This document shows positions 21,300 through 30,361 of a stretch of DNA of 32,000 nt, one piece after another (position 1 is the first letter of the stretch; each line of letters opens with the position of its first letter). This stretch comes from Pseudodesulfovibrio mercurii (GTDB taxonomy: Bacteria > Desulfobacterota > Desulfovibrionia > Desulfovibrionales > Desulfovibrionaceae): assembly GCF_000189295.2 (NCBI RefSeq), contig NC_016803.1, positions 2,010,001 to 2,042,000 on the forward strand, written 5' to 3'. Below the pieces are notes generated by a model, which saw only the letters and a list, made by a program, of their open reading frames with translations, was not told the origin of the DNA and ran no database searches. A program made the translations under genes and the position numbers.

Positions 21300-23951
21300 A
21301 TGGTGTTCGCCCGCATTCGGCATGCCGTCCGCCCGTACCGGCCCACGCGGACCACGGCCCTGGAACAACGCCCGCCCACCGAGGACACGCGCTTGAAGAA
21401 CAGACGCACCACCCCCGAGGATCGACTCCGGCAACGCGCCCGCGAGCACGCCGCCCGCCTGCGGGACGGCGATGATCCCGTGGAGTTCTGGGCGGCCTTC
21501 TGCACGCAGGTCCTGGCCGAGGACGACGAGGCGGCCCCGTCCGGCGACGACTGTCCCCCGGACCCCAGGGCGTCGCGGCTGCACACCCTGTTCCTGAGCC
21601 TGCACACCCCGGTCCTGCTGCTCAACGCCGACTTCGAGGTGGAGGTCATGAACCCGGCGGCCGTGGAGCTGACCGGGGCCGGCGACCTGGAGGGCTGGTG
21701 CCGGGGCGAGCACGCGCCCGTGCCCCTGGCCGAACTGGCCCCCTGGCTGGCCCGCGCCCTGGAGGCCGAGGGGCTCGGCGAGGGGGTCGAGGCCTGCAAG
21801 CTGGACGTGCCCGTGGCCCGGCGGCACGGCGAGCGCCATTTCAACGTCTCGGTCTCCCCGACCGCCGATTTTTCCGACCGCCAAGACGGCTACGCCGTGG
21901 TCCTGGACGACATCACCGCCCGGGCCAGGGAGGAGCGCGAACTGGCCCGCGAGCGCAACCGGGCGGCCCACTATCTGGACGTGGTCGGGGCCATGGTCTT
22001 CACCCTGGACGCCGCCGGCAGGATCGACATGGTCAACCGGACCGCCTGCCGCGTGCTCGGGCACGCCGAAGGGGACCTCCTGGGCCGGGACTGGGTGGAC
22101 ACCCTGGTCCCCCTGCCCGACCGGGACGAGATCCGCGACTGCCTGTACCTGGTCCTGTCCGGCCAGGCCGGCGGAGAGGACGAACGCACCTTCCGGGTGC
22201 TCACCCGCGAGGGGAGCGAGCGGACGGTCCAATGGCAGAGCCAGCTCCTGACCACCGGGGGCGGGCTGCCCGTGGGCATGCTCGTGTCGGGCACGGACGT
22301 CACCGAGCAGCGGGCCATCGAGGAGGCCCTGGCCAAGAAGGAGCTGTGGCTGCGCAGCACCTTCGTGGGCCTGGGCGAGGCCGTGCTCATCCTCACCCCC
22401 GGCATGGAGATCCTGGACGCCAACCCCGCGGCCGAGGCCATGTTCCAGAAGACCCAGGCCGAGCTGGCCGGGCTGCCCGTGGGCGACCTGCACGTCAGCG
22501 CGAACCACTACGACGATTTTCTGGCCCGCTCCAGGGCCGCCTTCGAGGCCGGGGAACGCGCCCTGTTCGAGCTGCCCCTGAAACGGCGCAACGGCGAGAT
22601 CTTCCCGGCCGACCAGTCCGTCTCCCTGATCAAGGGCGACGACGGGTCCACCCTGGGCGTGGTCAACGTCATCCGGGACATCTCGGACCGCAAGAACGCC
22701 GAGGCCGATCTCAAGCGCAGCGAGGAAAAATTCCGGCGCATCTTCGAGACCATCGAGGAGGGGTACATGGTCACGGACCTGGCGGGGACCGTGCTCATGG
22801 TCAACCCGGCCACCTGTCGGCTGCTCCAGTTCGAGGAGTCCGAGCTGGTCGGGCGGAACATCGACACCGTGTACCGGCGGCCCGACGACAGCGAGAGCCT
22901 GCGCGAGAGCCTGTTCGCCAGGGGGGCCGTGCGGGGCCTGCAGCTGACCGCCAAACGCAAGGACGGCGCGACCATCGTCATCGAGGCCAACGCCCACCGG
23001 GTCCTCAACCACCAGGACGAGCCCGTGGCCATGGAGGGAACCTTCCGCGACATCACCCGGCGCATGGAGGCGGAAAAGGTCCTGCGCGAGAGCGAGAAGC
23101 AGTACCGCGCCTTTTTCGAGAACAACCACGCCATCATGCTCCTGACCGATCCCAAGTCCGAGCGGATCATCGACGCCAACCCGGCGGCCGAGGACTTCTA
23201 CGGCTATCCCATCGAGGTCATGAAGACCATGAACCTGAGCCAGATCAACGCCCTGGACCGGGACGAGATGTTCGCCGAGATGCGCCGCTCCATGGACGAG
23301 GGCCGGGCCTACTTCATCCTCCGCCACCGGCTGGCCAACGGCGAGATCCGCAACGTGGAGGTCTACTCCGGGCCGATCATGGTCCAGGGGTCCCAGCGCC
23401 TGTACTCGGTCATCCACGACGTGACCAAGCGCATCGAACTGGAGCGGGAGATGAAGCTGCTGGCCACCACGGACGCCCTGACCGGGGCCAACAACCGCCA
23501 CCAGTTCTTCGCCCTGGGCGCGGTGGAGGTCCAGCGGGCCAAGCGGTACGCCCTGCCCCTGACCGTGCTCATGCTCGACATCGACTATTTCAAGTCCATC
23601 AACGACACTTACGGCCACGCGGCCGGAGACCTGGTCCTCAAGGCACTGTCCGCGTCCGTCTCGGCCACCCTGCGCGCCTCGGACATCTTCGGCAGGCTGG
23701 GCGGGGAGGAGTTCGCGGTCATCCTGCCCCAGACCGACATCGACGAGGGGGCCGAGGCGGCCGAGCGGCTGCGGGAAACCCTGGCCGGGCTCGCCGTGGA
23801 GGTGGGGGACGAATCCATCACCTTCACGGTCTCCATGGGGGTGACCCGCATATGCGCCGGGGACAAGACCGTGGAGGATGTCCTCAACCGGGCGGACGAG
23901 GCCCTGTACAAGGCCAAGCGCATGGGCCGGAACCGGGTGGTGCGCGGCTGA
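21300..23951 (+). CDS. Multi-PAS sensor diguanylate cyclase (GGDEF)
   Basis: I take the start at ATG 21300; upstream in-frame sequence overlaps trmI. It has about four PAS/PAC repeats (..DITARAREE.., ..DVTEQRAIEE.., ..DISDRKNAEADL.., ..DITRRMEAEKVL..). The GGDEF domain carries RLGGEEFAV and the D-x-LTG context ATTDALTGANNR. Confidence 0.9.
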   Translation: MVFARIRHAVRPYRPTRTTALEQRPPTEDTRLKNRRTTPEDRLRQRAREHAARLRDGDDPVEFWAAFCTQVLAEDDEAAPSGDDCPPDPRASRLHTLFLSLHTPVLLLNADFEVEVMNPAAVELTGAGDLEGWCRGEHAPVPLAELAPWLARALEAEGLGEGVEACKLDVPVARRHGERHFNVSVSPTADFSDRQDGYAVVLDDITARAREERELARERNRAAHYLDVVGAMVFTLDAAGRIDMVNRTACRVLGHAEGDLLGRDWVDTLVPLPDRDEIRDCLYLVLSGQAGGEDERTFRVLTREGSERTVQWQSQLLTTGGGLPVGMLVSGTDVTEQRAIEEALAKKELWLRSTFVGLGEAVLILTPGMEILDANPAAEAMFQKTQAELAGLPVGDLHVSANHYDDFLARSRAAFEAGERALFELPLKRRNGEIFPADQSVSLIKGDDGSTLGVVNVIRDISDRKNAEADLKRSEEKFRRIFETIEEGYMVTDLAGTVLMVNPATCRLLQFEESELVGRNIDTVYRRPDDSESLRESLFARGAVRGLQLTAKRKDGATIVIEANAHRVLNHQDEPVAMEGTFRDITRRMEAEKVLRESEKQYRAFFENNHAIMLLTDPKSERIIDANPAAEDFYGYPIEVMKTMNLSQINALDRDEMFAEMRRSMDEGRAYFILRHRLANGEIRNVEVYSGPIMVQGSQRLYSVIHDVTKRIELEREMKLLATTDALTGANNRHQFFALGAVEVQRAKRYALPLTVLMLDIDYFKSINDTYGHAAGDLVLKALSASVSATLRASDIFGRLGGEEFAVILPQTDIDEGAEAAERLRETLAGLAVEVGDESITFTVSMGVTRICAGDKTVEDVLNRADEALYKAKRMGRNRVVRG

Positions 23952-24186
23952 GGAAAAGCGTTGCCCGGCGGCCTGTTCCGAGGGGCCGCCAGCCCCTGAT
24001 AACCCTTTTCATCGGCCGGTTTTTCCTTGAAAAAAACTTGACGTTTTCCCATGGGTTTGGAATATGGTTCTGAGTTTTACGTGATGTTTTTCACAATTTA
24101 TCGAAGGCCTGTCCGTGAAATGCCCGCCCGCGCCCTTGAGGCCGGGTCCGCAAGTGGCTCATTTCACGGATTGTTGCGGGTTGTTA

Positions 24187-24714
24187 ATGACTTTTGAATC
24201 CACGTTGGCCGAACGCAAGGCCGAGCTGTCGCAGAAGTGGGCGGAACTGGTCCTCAGGACCTACCCCAAGGAAACCCAGAAAGTCTGGACCCGACAGAAA
24301 GACAGATTCCAGAACCCGGTCGGGGCGGCCATCATCGAGGCCACCGGGGAACTGATGAATCATTTGATCGAGTGGCAGGATGCGGAGCGCATCGCGCGGA
24401 GCCTGGACAAGCTCATCCGCATCCGGGCGGTGCAGGACTTCACGCCATCCCAGGCCATCAGCTTCGTCTTCCTGCTGAAAAAACTCCTTCGCGACGAGTT
24501 CTTTCAGGCCATGAAGAAGGACGGCACCCTGGACGAGCTGCTCCGCTTCGAGGCCAAGGTGGACAACCTGGCCATGATGTCCTTCGACATCTATTGCAAG
24601 AGTCGCGAAGAGGTGTTCCGGTTCCGCGTGGAGGAAGTGAAGCGCTCCCAGAGCAGTCTGCTCAGGAAGGCCGGATTGGTTGCGGACGTTACGGCCGAGA
24701 AATCGGCCGATTAG
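24187..24714 (+). CDS. RsbRD_N-domain-like protein (small soluble helical protein upstream of dsrMKJOP)
   Basis: I take the start at ATG 24187. The 175 aa product reads MTFESTLAERKAELSQKWAELVLRTYPKETQKVWTRQKDRFQNPVG... The pattern resembles the N-terminal domain of RsbR-type proteins. The family assignment is from memory, not from a search. Confidence 0.65.
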   Translation: MTFESTLAERKAELSQKWAELVLRTYPKETQKVWTRQKDRFQNPVGAAIIEATGELMNHLIEWQDAERIARSLDKLIRIRAVQDFTPSQAISFVFLLKKLLRDEFFQAMKKDGTLDELLRFEAKVDNLAMMSFDIYCKSREEVFRFRVEEVKRSQSSLLRKAGLVADVTAEKSAD

Positions 24715-24912
24715 GGACGCGCCGGGTGAGGCGCACGGTGTGAAGCCGGGCGAAGCGTGAAAAGGGGGTGGGGGTTTCGGCCTTTCGGGCGGGAATCCGT
24801 CTTCACCATACAGCTTCGAAACATCTTCGCACCGGCCCCTCGGAGGCATCCCGAAAATGGCAGGCCGTCACGGTAAAACCGGCGGTCCAACCTTCAAGCG
24901 AGGTGACGGTAG

Positions 24913-25959
24913 ATGAATGCTCTTTACTCACTTCTGTTCGTCTTTCTCCTGGTGTTGATCCCGTTGTTCGGGGTTGATGCGGCACACATGAGGACTTTCT
25001 TCGGTGTCTGCATCCCGACGACGGCGTTCATCATCTTCGTTCTCGGCTTTATTTATAAAGTCGTCACCTGGGGCCGGAGCGCCGTGCCGTTCCGCATCCC
25101 CACAACCGGCGGCCAGTTCCAATCCTTCGATCCCGAGCTGTTCAAGCAGAACAAGCTGGACTGTCCCCAGACCGGAGCCCAGACCTTCTTCCGCATGGTC
25201 CTGGAGATTTTCGCCTTCCGCTCCCTGTTCAGGAACACCTCCGTGTCCCTGTACGAAGGCAAGGACTACCCCGTGGTGGCCTACAAATCGAGCAAGTGGC
25301 TGTGGCTCTTCGCCATCACCTTCCACTACTCCTTTTTCATCATCGCCCTGCGGCACCTGCGCCTGTTCCTCGAACCGATCCCGTTCCTCCCGGTGGGCGC
25401 GCTCGAGTTCGTGGACGGCATCCTGCAAATCGGCGCTCCGGTCATGTACCTGAGCGACCTCGGCCTGGTGGCGGGCGTGCTCCTGCTCCTGAGCCGCAGG
25501 CTGATCCTCCCCAGGATCAACTACATCTCCTACGTCTCGGACTACTTCCCGCTGTTCCTGATCCTGTCCATCGCCCTGTCGGGCATCTACATGCGCTACT
25601 ACGCCAAGGTCGATGTCATCGCGATCAAGGAGCTGACCATGGGATTGGTGACGTTCCACTACGTCGTCCCCGAGGCCATCACCGTGTCCTTCTTCATCCA
25701 CGTCTTCCTGGTCAGCGTGCTCATGATCTACTTCCCGTTCAGCAAGCTCATGCACATGCCGGGCGTGTTCCTGTCCCCGACGAGAAACCTGCCGAACGAC
25801 TCGCGCGCCAAGCACCACGTGAACCCCTGGAACGATCCGAACATCAAGGCCCATCCCTACGCGGAATACGAAGAGGAGTTCGGCGTGCCCATGGCCGAGG
25901 CCGGCCTGCCGCTGGACAATCCCGCAAACGGCGTCCCGCACGACGAGACCAAGGCCTAG
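24913..25959 (+). CDS. dsrM: DsrM, NarI-like dihaem b membrane subunit of the DsrMKJOP complex
   Basis: 348 aa polytopic protein, first gene of a five-gene cluster in the canonical MKJOP order. GAGGTG lies upstream. Confidence 0.92.
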   Translation: MNALYSLLFVFLLVLIPLFGVDAAHMRTFFGVCIPTTAFIIFVLGFIYKVVTWGRSAVPFRIPTTGGQFQSFDPELFKQNKLDCPQTGAQTFFRMVLEIFAFRSLFRNTSVSLYEGKDYPVVAYKSSKWLWLFAITFHYSFFIIALRHLRLFLEPIPFLPVGALEFVDGILQIGAPVMYLSDLGLVAGVLLLLSRRLILPRINYISYVSDYFPLFLILSIALSGIYMRYYAKVDVIAIKELTMGLVTFHYVVPEAITVSFFIHVFLVSVLMIYFPFSKLMHMPGVFLSPTRNLPNDSRAKHHVNPWNDPNIKAHPYAEYEEEFGVPMAEAGLPLDNPANGVPHDETKA

Positions 25960-26004
25960 GGTTCACCGCCCGGTGATACTTTCTTTATCCGAGGAGATAA
26001 GAAT

Positions 26005-27675
26005 ATGTCCGTCATTCCCAAAGCAGACGAGCTCTTCAAGAGCATAGATTACAATCCGCCGCTGACCGGCTGGATGGAAACCCCGGTGGACTTCTCGCCC
26101 GGCCATTGGTGCTACCCCGCCAAGCCCGAGAAGATCGCCTACATGGACAAGGAGCTGCCCGGCCTGTGGGGCGAGCCGCGCCAGTGGCTGCCCTCCGACG
26201 CCGACTGGAAGCTGCCCCCGAACTGGAAGGAGACCGTGGTCAACGGCTTCCGCGAGCGGCTCAAGAAGTTCCGCACCCTGCAGCTGTTCATGGACATCTG
26301 CGTGCGCTGCGGCGCCTGCGCCGACAAGTGCCACTACTTCATCGGCTCCGGCGATCCCAAGAACATGCCCGTGCTGCGCGCCGAACTGATGCGTTCGGTC
26401 TATCGCGGCGAGTTCACCCTGGCCGGCAAGATCATGAGCAAGTTCACCGGCTCGCGGGTCATGGAGGAGCACGTCCTGAAGGAGTGGTTCATCTACTTCT
26501 ACCAGTGCACCCAGTGCCGCCGCTGCTCCCTGTTCTGCCCCTACGGCATCGACACCGCCGAGATGACCATGATGGCCAGGGAGCTCATGCACCTGGTCGG
26601 CCTGAACACCAACTGGATCATGGAGCCGGTCTCCAACTGCAACATCACCGGCAACCACCTCGGCATCCAGCCCCACGCCTTCAAGGACATCGTGGACTTC
26701 ATGGTCGACGACATCGAGGAGGTCACCGGCCGGAGGGTCAAGGCGCCCCTGAACGAGAAGGGCCATGAGATCCTGTTCATCACCCCGTCGGGCGACGTGT
26801 TCGCCGACCCGGGCATCTACACCTTCATGGGCTACCTGCTCCTGTTCGACTACCTCGACCTGGACTACACCCTGTCCACCTACGCCTCCGAGGGCGGCAA
26901 CTTCGGCTCGTTCACCAACAACGAGGTCATGAAGAAGCTCAACGCCAAGATGTACGCCGAGGCCGAACGCCTGGGCTGCAAATGGATCCTCGGCGGCGAG
27001 TGCGGCCACATGTGGCGCGTGGTGCACCAGTACATGGACACCATGAACGGCGACAACCAGTGGTCCGGCATGACCACCCCGAAGTCGCCCATCACCGGCA
27101 CGGTCTTCAACAACGCCGCGGCCACCAAGATGCTGCACATCACCGAGTTCACGGCCGACCTGATCAAGCACAACAAGCTGAAGCTCGACCCGAGCCGCAA
27201 CGATCACCTGCGCGTGACCTTCCACGACTCCTGCAACCCGGCCCGCGGCATGGGCCTGCTCGAGGAGCCGCGCTACGTGCTCAAGCACGTGTGCAACAAC
27301 TTCTTCGAGATGCCCCCGGCGACCATCCGCGAGCAGACCTTCTGCTGTGCGGGCGGCTCCGGCCTGAACACCGACGAGATCATGGAAATCCGCCTGCGCG
27401 GCGGCCTGCCCCGCGGCAACGCCCTGCGCTACGTGCAGGAAAAGCACGGCGTCAACCTGATGGCCTGCATCTGCGCCATCGACCGGGCGACCCTGATCCC
27501 GCTGGCCGATTACTGGGCTCCCGGCGTGACCATCGCAGGCACCCACGAGCTGGTCGCCAACGCCCTGGTCCTCGAAGAGGGCGAGGTCCGCACCATGGAC
27601 ATGCGCCAGGAACCCCTCCCCGGCTTCGAGGACGAAGAAGACGACTGGACGCCCCCGACCAAGGAGGATGCATAA
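26005..27675 (+). CDS. dsrK: DsrK, HdrD-like iron-sulfur catalytic subunit
   Basis: CVRCGACADKCHY and CTQCRRCSLFCPY are ferredoxin-type motifs. The CCG domain signature is FCCAGGSG. GAGGAG RBS. Confidence 0.95.
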   Translation: MSVIPKADELFKSIDYNPPLTGWMETPVDFSPGHWCYPAKPEKIAYMDKELPGLWGEPRQWLPSDADWKLPPNWKETVVNGFRERLKKFRTLQLFMDICVRCGACADKCHYFIGSGDPKNMPVLRAELMRSVYRGEFTLAGKIMSKFTGSRVMEEHVLKEWFIYFYQCTQCRRCSLFCPYGIDTAEMTMMARELMHLVGLNTNWIMEPVSNCNITGNHLGIQPHAFKDIVDFMVDDIEEVTGRRVKAPLNEKGHEILFITPSGDVFADPGIYTFMGYLLLFDYLDLDYTLSTYASEGGNFGSFTNNEVMKKLNAKMYAEAERLGCKWILGGECGHMWRVVHQYMDTMNGDNQWSGMTTPKSPITGTVFNNAAATKMLHITEFTADLIKHNKLKLDPSRNDHLRVTFHDSCNPARGMGLLEEPRYVLKHVCNNFFEMPPATIREQTFCCAGGSGLNTDEIMEIRLRGGLPRGNALRYVQEKHGVNLMACICAIDRATLIPLADYWAPGVTIAGTHELVANALVLEEGEVRTMDMRQEPLPGFEDEEDDWTPPTKEDA

Positions 27676-28062
27676 ATGAAAATGTACAATGGATTTGCGA
27701 TCGTCGCAGGGCTGGTCATCTTCTTCGCCATGCTGACCGCGCCGTTTGCGCTCGGGACCATGACCAAGCAGTACAAGGAGCCCGAGCTCAAGCTGCCCAA
27801 GGGCGAGAAGGAGTGCGTCGAGGCCACCGAATGGATGCGCAACAATCACATGCAGCTCCTGAACGAGTGGCGCGACTGGGCCCTGCGTGACGGCAAGAGG
27901 ACCTACACCAACCACGCTGGCAAGGAGTTCACCATCTCCCTGCAGAACACCTGCATGAAGTGCCACAACAGCAAGGCCGACTTCTGCGACAAGTGTCACA
28001 ACGACGCGGGTGTCTCTCCCTATTGCTGGGATTGCCACGTTCAGCCGGAGGGTTTGAAATAA
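27676..28062 (+). CDS. dsrJ: DsrJ, periplasmic trihaem cytochrome c
   Basis: 128 aa with an N-terminal membrane anchor and exactly three CXXCH motifs (CMKCH, CDKCH, CWDCH). The start directly abuts the dsrK stop (TAAATG). Confidence 0.95.
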   Translation: MKMYNGFAIVAGLVIFFAMLTAPFALGTMTKQYKEPELKLPKGEKECVEATEWMRNNHMQLLNEWRDWALRDGKRTYTNHAGKEFTISLQNTCMKCHNSKADFCDKCHNDAGVSPYCWDCHVQPEGLK

Positions 28063-28835
28063 TGAAGAACAGCAGAAGAACCTTCATCAAGCTTGCCGGT
28101 ATCGCTGCCGCCGGCCTGGCCGTGGCCCCGAAAGCGGCCCTGGCCTCGAGCGGCGGACACTCCCCGGTCAAGGCCAACGCCACGGCCGTGCATGCCGAGC
28201 ACTGGGCCATGGTCATCGACACCACCAAGCTGCACACCGCCGAGGCCATCGACAAGCTGGCCGCGGTCTGCCACCACATCCACAACGTGCCCAAGATCGA
28301 GGGCAAGCAGGAAGTGAAGTGGCTGTGGCACGACACCTATGCGCATACCTTCCCCGAGCAGGAGAACCCGCACCTGGCCGAAGAGGTCCACGAGCGCGTC
28401 TTCCCGCTGCTGTGCAACCACTGCGAGAACCCGCCGTGCGTGCGCGTCTGCCCGACCAAGGCGACCTTCCAGCGGCCCGACGGCATCGTGGCCATGGACT
28501 ACCACCGCTGCATCGGCTGCCGCTACTGCATGGCCGGCTGTCCCTACGGCTCCCGTTCGTTCAACTGGGGCGAACCCCGGCTCGGCCTGGACACGGCCAA
28601 GCTGAACCCCGAGTTCCCCACCCGCATGCGCGGCGTCGTCGAGAAGTGCAACTTCTGCGTCGAGCGGCTGGCCGTGGGCAAGCAGCCCGCCTGCGTGGAG
28701 GCCTCGGAGGGCGCCATGTACTTCGGCGACCTGAAGGACCCGGATTCCGAAGTCCGCAAGGTGCTTCGCGAGAAGTTCACCATTCGTCGTAAACCCTCGG
28801 CAGGCACTGAGCCCAGTGTTTACTACATCATTTAG
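28062..28835 (+). CDS. dsrO: DsrO, Tat-exported 4Fe-4S ferredoxin-like subunit
   Basis: ATG 28062 overlaps the dsrJ stop (TAATG). The twin-arginine signal is MKNSRRTFIKLAGIAAAGLAVAPKAALA. Cys clusters are CNHCENPPCVRVCP, CIGCRYCMAGCP and CNFCVERL. Confidence 0.95.
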   Translation: MKNSRRTFIKLAGIAAAGLAVAPKAALASSGGHSPVKANATAVHAEHWAMVIDTTKLHTAEAIDKLAAVCHHIHNVPKIEGKQEVKWLWHDTYAHTFPEQENPHLAEEVHERVFPLLCNHCENPPCVRVCPTKATFQRPDGIVAMDYHRCIGCRYCMAGCPYGSRSFNWGEPRLGLDTAKLNPEFPTRMRGVVEKCNFCVERLAVGKQPACVEASEGAMYFGDLKDPDSEVRKVLREKFTIRRKPSAGTEPSVYYII

Positions 28836-28846
28836 GAGGAATCGGA

Positions 28847-30073
28847 ATGCTTGAATTAGCTCTGAAAGGTTCCAAGAGATACTACGGCTGGATCGCGTTC
28901 CTCCTGGTTCTCATCGGCATCGGCTCCATAGCCTACCTCAATCAGATCCTGGTCGGCCTGAAGATCACCGGCATGAGCCGGGACGTGTCCTGGGGATTCT
29001 ACATCTCCCAGCTCACCTACCTGGTCGGCCTGGCCGCCTCCGGCGTCATGATCGTGCTGCCCAACTACTTCCACTCCTACAAGTCCAACAAGCACATGGT
29101 CATCTTCGGCGAATTCATGGCGATCGCCGCCTGCATCATGTGCATGCTGTTCGTGGCCGTGGACGTCGGGCAGCCCACCCGCATGCTGAACGTCATACTG
29201 CATCCCACCCCGAACTCCATTCTGTTCTGGGACATGACGGTTCTCATGGGCTACCTGTTCCTCAACCTGCTCGTGGGCTGGACCTGCCTGCAGGCTGACC
29301 GGGTCCACCTGCCCCACCCGCAGTGGCTCAAGCCCTTCATCTACATATCGATCCTGTGGGCCTTCTCCATCCACACCGTGACCGCGTTCCTGTACCAGGG
29401 CCTGCCCGGCCGCCACTACTGGCTGACCGCCATCCTGGCCGCCCGCTTCCTGGCGAGCGCGTTCTGCTCCGGTCCCGCGATCCTCTTGCTGGTCCTGATG
29501 ATCACCGAGAAGGTCACGACCTTCAAGATGGCCAAGAACGCCCTGAGCACCCTGGTGAAGATCATCATGTACGCCATGTGCATCAACATGTTCTTCTTCA
29601 TGTTGGAAATCTTCACCTCGTTCTACTCGAACATCCCGGGCCACATGCACCCGATCCTGTACCTGTTCGCCCACGCGGACCCGGGTCTGGTGGCGTTGAT
29701 GTGGACCTTCCTCACGTTTGCGGCGATCTCCATCACCCTGCTGGTGACGCCCAGGTTCCGCAACAACCTGAAACTGCTGCCCTACACCCTGGTCATCCTG
29801 GTCATCGCCACCTGGTTGGACAAGGGCCTGGGCCTGCTGATCGGTGGTTTCAACCCCACCCCGTTCGAGACCGTCACGCCGTACTGGCCCACCGCGCAGG
29901 AATTGCTGGTGTCCATGATGGTCTACGCCATCGGCGCGCTGATCGTGACCGTGCTCTTCAAGATCGCCACGAGCGTCAAGGAAGAGGTTGGCCATTCCCA
30001 GCGGATGGCCTGCGGCTGCTCCACCGAGGACGCCTGCGACTGCACCGAAGAAGAGGCCCCTGCCGAGGCCTGA
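28847..30073 (+). CDS. dsrP: DsrP, NrfD/PsrC-like integral membrane subunit
   Basis: 408 aa with about 10 TM segments, last gene of the cluster. GGAGGA RBS. Confidence 0.93.
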   Translation: MLELALKGSKRYYGWIAFLLVLIGIGSIAYLNQILVGLKITGMSRDVSWGFYISQLTYLVGLAASGVMIVLPNYFHSYKSNKHMVIFGEFMAIAACIMCMLFVAVDVGQPTRMLNVILHPTPNSILFWDMTVLMGYLFLNLLVGWTCLQADRVHLPHPQWLKPFIYISILWAFSIHTVTAFLYQGLPGRHYWLTAILAARFLASAFCSGPAILLLVLMITEKVTTFKMAKNALSTLVKIIMYAMCINMFFFMLEIFTSFYSNIPGHMHPILYLFAHADPGLVALMWTFLTFAAISITLLVTPRFRNNLKLLPYTLVILVIATWLDKGLGLLIGGFNPTPFETVTPYWPTAQELLVSMMVYAIGALIVTVLFKIATSVKEEVGHSQRMACGCSTEDACDCTEEEAPAEA

Positions 30074-30128
30074 TGATCGGCACAGCCTGGCCGAACAACG
30101 TCACCTCGCTAGGCTCAAGGCTGCAACA

Positions 30129-30162
30129 GGGCCGCTCCGGAAACGGAGCGGCCCCTTTTTTG
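30129..30162 (+). terminator. Rho-independent terminator of dsrMKJOP
   Basis: GGGCCGCTCCG-gaaa-CGGAGCGGCCC followed by CTTTTTTG. Confidence 0.88.
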
Positions 30163-30261
30163 TGTCCACCGCCCGGACCGCCTTCCCGGCGCTGGCCCGG
30201 TCCGTCCCATACCTGTTCAGGCATTGTGCGGAAACGCGCAAGGTCGATCCGTGTTGCGCCA

Positions 30262-30287
30262 ATGCCACGGGCATGGCATAGTGCCAT
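30262..30287. promoter_or_regulatory. Overlapping TGCCA/TGGCA palindromes, candidate operator upstream of the FmdE-fusion gene
   Basis: ATGCCA-cgggca-TGGCAT (30262-30279) overlaps ATGGCA-tag-TGCCAT (30273-30287). The site is about 75 bp upstream of ATG 30362. Confidence 0.3.
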
Positions 30288-30361
30288 TCCTTTTTCCGGC
30301 GGCAAATACGGGAAGGGGTCGGCGCGCCGCGCCGGGCACTCAATCGAACTGCGAGGCAAGC

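Noticed and set aside
23967-23990. ggcggcc / ggccgcc stem after the GGDEF gene as a terminator
   Set aside because: It is a 7-bp stem with no adjacent T-tract, so it is not reported as a feature.
21132-24073. 828-aa minus-strand ORF and 791-aa plus-strand alternative-frame ORF over the GGDEF gene
   Set aside because: They are antisense or off-frame artefacts. The 21300-23951 frame carries PAS and GGEEF motifs.
24865-24909. 7-bp inverted repeat (ccgtcac / gtgacgg) whose 3' arm overlaps the dsrM Shine-Dalgarno sequence
   Set aside because: The stem is short, the loop is 31 nt, and there is no supporting alternative structure. That is too weak to propose translational control.
28325-28345. TGGCAC...GC sequence resembling a sigma54 -24/-12 element; other TGGCA occurrences at 12220, 22231 and 24855
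   Set aside because: The GG-to-GC spacing is wrong or the -12 GC is absent, and most of these sites lie inside coding sequence.
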